The position numbers and the translations under genes are program-made. From positions 64,001 to 128,000 of the forward strand of contig CAVYYZ010000003.1 of assembly GCA_963772835.1 (NCBI GenBank): a stretch of DNA of 64,000 nucleotides, given 5' to 3'. How positions within the stretch are numbered: position 1 is the first letter of the stretch; each line of letters opens with the position of its first letter. This DNA comes from an uncultured delta proteobacterium (GTDB lineage Bacteria; Desulfobacterota; Desulfuromonadia; Geobacterales; Pseudopelobacteraceae). Shown here one piece after another: positions 61,873-64,000 of the stretch. The notes under the pieces were generated by a model that did not search any database, was not told the DNA's origin, and saw only the letters and a list, made by a program, of their open reading frames with translations.

Positions 61873-62871
61873 ATGTATTTTACCACGTTATCCACCAAAG
61901 ACATCTCTCTGCTCGCAATTCGTATTTTGCTGATCGCCAGTCTTCTCTGGTACTTTTTTTGTTTTGTATTATCTCCCGGTCATGGGTCAGTAAACTGTGA
62001 CATCTCGTTTCCTCAAGGGAGCGGAATTCGCAAGTTGGCCACTGAACTCAAGGCCGGGGGTGTTATTCGCAGCTCATGGCATTTTGTCCTTATGACCCGG
62101 TTGCGCGGGGATGCTCACCGGCTGCAAGCCGGTGAATACCGCTTCAGTGACGATATGACCCCCGTTGAAATTCTGAATAAAATTGTTTCCGGTGAGGTTG
62201 ATTACCGTAAATTTACTCTACCCGAAGGATATTCCATATATCAGGCCGCTGAGTTGTTGGAGCAGAAGGGGTACTTCAAGAAGGCAGCCTTTCTGGAAAA
62301 ATGCCGTGATAAATCCTTGTTGGAGCGACTTGGCATCAGAGAAGCCAGTGCGGAGGGATATCTGTATCCTGCAACCTATAATCTTTCGCGAACGGGTGGA
62401 GAGGAGCTGCTTCTGAAGCAGATGGTGGGACAGTTTAACAAGGAATATACGGCCATTCAGGCTGGTGACGGACCCGGCAGGTTTTCCCGGCACGAAATTG
62501 TCACACTTGCGTCTATTATAGAAAAAGAGGCGGTCTCAGCGGATGAAAAACCGATTATATCATCGGTATTCCACAATCGTTTGCGTATCGGCATGCCGCT
62601 ACAAAGTGACCCAACAGCGGTTTACGGAGTCAGGGCGTTTTCTGGAAGAGTAAGCAAAGCAGATATTCAACGTCCCTCACCTTACAATACCTATCTTACT
62701 AAAGGTCTGCCGCCGGGTCCAATCGGCAATCCGGGCAGGGATGCTGTTCTGGCGGCTTTGAACCCTGCAAAAACCGATTTCCTTTACTTTGTCGCCCGGC
62801 AGGATGGTACCCATCAATTTTCTCGAAATCTGGAGGAGCATGATCGGGCAGTCGTACGCTACCTCAAATAG
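61873..62871 (+). CDS. mltG: Endolytic transglycosylase MltG
   Basis: LQAGEY, LPEG, EGYLYPATY, LASIIEKE, LQSDPT, SPYNTY...GLPPGPIGNPG; start uncertain. Confidence 0.93.
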   Translation: MYFTTLSTKDISLLAIRILLIASLLWYFFCFVLSPGHGSVNCDISFPQGSGIRKLATELKAGGVIRSSWHFVLMTRLRGDAHRLQAGEYRFSDDMTPVEILNKIVSGEVDYRKFTLPEGYSIYQAAELLEQKGYFKKAAFLEKCRDKSLLERLGIREASAEGYLYPATYNLSRTGGEELLLKQMVGQFNKEYTAIQAGDGPGRFSRHEIVTLASIIEKEAVSADEKPIISSVFHNRLRIGMPLQSDPTAVYGVRAFSGRVSKADIQRPSPYNTYLTKGLPPGPIGNPGRDAVLAALNPAKTDFLYFVARQDGTHQFSRNLEEHDRAVVRYLK

Positions 62872-62959
62872 AGACGGCCATGGTGGCCGGGGTCGAAAAA
62901 TATCGCTCAATCTGAAAGGGTGTAAAGTTGTATGCAACCGTAAAGGGAACGAAATATGA

Positions 62960-63619
62960 TCAGTAAGAGGTACACTCAACATGCTCCCTGACTCCCCCAA
63001 ATGTTAACCGGTGAATTGTTGAGGGGCCGAGCCTCTTTATTGCATCCAGGTGAACAGCGCTGCCATACCCCTTATGTCCGGCGAATCCGTATCCTGGATA
63101 CTTTGCATCCATTTCGATCATATACCGGTCACGGGTTACTTTTGCAATAATCGAGGCAGCAGCAATAGAAAGACTTAAGGAGTCTCCCTTTTTAATGGTT
63201 TTCTGGGGAATCACGCTATCGATTGTACTGATTCCATCTATTAACAGGTAGTCCGGTTGAGGCGTAAGTTGGAGGACAGCAGCCAGCATTGCACGGCGGG
63301 TGGCCTGTAAAATGTTGATCAGATCGATGTCTTTTGGAGTTACGATCCCGACTCCAACTGACAGTGCGCTTTCCATGATAATCTTAAATAACTTCTCCCG
63401 CCTTTCAGGGGTGAGTTTTTTAGAGTCGTCAACGCCGTTTATCACGAGTCCTTCAGGCAGAATAACCGCTGCAGCCATTACCGGACCGGCCAGCGGCCCT
63501 CGTCCCGCTTCATCGATTCCTGCCACGTAAGTAGCTCCGTTGAAGTACGCGGCTTTTTCGAATATCAGATTGTCGGGGGGGGGCGTTGTAAAAAGCTCTC
63601 CTTGATGTGTCATAATCAA
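62960..63619 (-). CDS. rnhB: Ribonuclease HII
   Basis: GIDEAGRGPLAGPV, DSKKL, AASIIAKVTRD, HKGY. Confidence 0.97.
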   Translation of the reverse strand: MIMTHQGELFTTPPPDNLIFEKAAYFNGATYVAGIDEAGRGPLAGPVMAAAVILPEGLVINGVDDSKKLTPERREKLFKIIMESALSVGVGIVTPKDIDLINILQATRRAMLAAVLQLTPQPDYLLIDGISTIDSVIPQKTIKKGDSLSLSIAAASIIAKVTRDRYMIEMDAKYPGYGFAGHKGYGSAVHLDAIKRLGPSTIHRLTFGGVREHVECTSY

Positions 63620-63663
63620 CCCTTGCTCCCATTAAATGTTACATGAATTGACATATGTCGCTT

Positions 63664-63705
63664 CATAACAAAAAAGCCCCGCAGGAGCGGGGCTTTTTTG
63701 TTATG
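63664..63705 (-). terminator. Terminator after rplS
   Basis: cataacaaaaaagccccgc...gcggggcttttttgttatg. Confidence 0.8.
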
Positions 63706-64000
63706 CTATTTTGCAACCGGTACGTATTTCTTTTCACGGATTCTCGCTGCTTTACCACGCAGTTTACGCAGGTAGTACAGTTTGGCACGACGGACATGAC
63801 CGCGAACCATGATTTCAATGTTTTCGACATTCGGTGAGTGGAGCGGGAAAGTCCTCTCGACACCGATGCCATTGGAAATTTTGCGAACCGTAAATGTTTC
63901 GCGTACGCCACCGTTCTGACGTGCTATGCAAACACCCTGATAAGCCTGAATACGCTGTTTGTCGCCCTCAACAATCCTGACATGTACTTTTACGGTATCC
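63706..64000 (-). CDS. rplS: 50S ribosomal protein L19, 5'-truncated by window edge (absent from ORF track)
   Basis: Translated by hand: ..[51 protein letters not shown]. Confidence 0.96.
   Translation of the reverse strand, partial: DTVKVHVRIVEGDKQRIQAYQGVCIARQNGGVRETFTVRKISNGIGVERTFPLHSPNVENIEIMVRGHVRRAKLYYLRKLRGKAARIREKKYVPVAK

Noticed and set aside
63663..63911. 82-aa minus-strand ORF
   Set aside because: Alternative frame overlapping the real rplS

Overview
Bacterial chromosome segment, most likely Geobacteraceae/Desulfuromonadales (inferred from gene content, the three-subunit frdCAB/sdhCAB and intergenic short-tandem inverted repeats). The housekeeping backbone includes nrnA-truB-rpsO-pnp, ppx, dut, trpS-scpA-scpB, ubiD, dbpA, acnB, tRNA-Leu(CAA), tgt, sdh/frdCAB, apgM, mltG, rnhB and rplS. 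The main candidate for an undescribed system is a 14-kb envelope locus (29308-43393). It encodes an AsmA/YdbH-like membrane-anchored beta protein, a YnbE/YdbL-like lipoprotein, an exported ~2770-aa TolB-propeller/TPR protein, an SH3 protein and an M48 metalloprotease. The giant protein carries a degenerate internal CHAT module and an intact C-terminal caspase-like CHAT protease, and two partner proteins share an S[VI]RG[VL]SP motif. Other notable items: an orphan divergent Cas6 homolog with no CRISPR array, an unannotated 15-aa RGPP-motif uORF ahead of sdh/frdCAB, a TGTATACA operator upstream of both TCA operons, ccoG-ccoI-ccoS without ccoNOQP, and a frameshifted paralog of a small lipoprotein. 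No CRISPR array, transposase or integrase was seen. All family calls come from reading motifs by eye; no database searches were run.
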